From contig CP075493.1 in assembly GCA_021613535.1 (NCBI GenBank), positions 13,082,001 through 13,146,000 of the forward strand: a stretch of 64,000 nt of DNA, given 5' to 3'. The translations under genes were made by a program, and so were the position numbers. Shown piece after piece: positions 63,761 through 64,000 of the stretch. The stretch comes from Adineta vaga (Eukaryota; Animalia; Rotifera). How positions within the stretch are numbered: the first letter of the stretch is position 1; every line of letters begins with the position of its first letter. A model generated the notes under the pieces. That model was not told where the DNA came from. It made no database searches and was given only the letters and a program-made list of their open reading frames with translations.

Positions 63761-64000
63761 AGGAATCGGTATTGGATTTATATATGCATCAGTTGAGAAT
63801 ACCATACTTAACCTGAAACCAAAAGAATTTAAAGATTAAATAAAAAGTTTTTTAACTTGATTTATATTCATATAAGACATTTTTACAAAGGAAGTATCAA
63901 TGTTCGAATATTCATGTTCAAATGATAATCTTCGTTTTTCTTCTTTATTTTCTTTTGATGCAAGTTCGTATAGATATGAATGCTGTAGAATCGACGTTTA

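Noticed and set aside
1-64000. tRNA, rRNA, or prokaryotic operon and terminator signals
   Set aside because: None recognised by eye. A covariance-model scan (tRNAscan-SE, Infernal) would be needed to exclude small RNAs.

Overview
AT-rich eukaryotic DNA with many short (~50-70 nt) GT-AG introns. The gene families (NHL, ART-TPR, LDLa/EGF-GPCR, F-box/LRR, bacterial-like genes) and TGTGGG-type repeats point to a bdelloid rotifer; this is inference, not a database result. The window is a fast-turnover, defence and cell-surface rich region with about 25 genes, several of them pseudogenised. The main structure is a ~9.25-kb DNA transposon (~32508-41763) with imperfect TIRs and mirrored subterminal repeats. 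It encodes an intron-containing KDZ (Kyakuja-Dileera-Zisupton)-type transposase, a DUF3987/YfjI-like P-loop protein and a third protein with two related helical modules. Instead of a short TSD it sits between two copies of a ~1.9-kb direct duplication. Each copy carries a secreted DUF2059-like gene, and the two differ by 13 non-synonymous and 1 synonymous change. Other highlights are a caspase-ART-TPR-NHL fusion gene, a 529-bp hAT-type MITE with an 8-bp TSD inside an NHL gene, a divergent GIMAP/AIG1-like GTPase pair, a 4.6-kb GPCR frame broken by one TAG at an expected Trp, and short telomere-like inverted repeats. Exon boundaries and family calls were made by eye.
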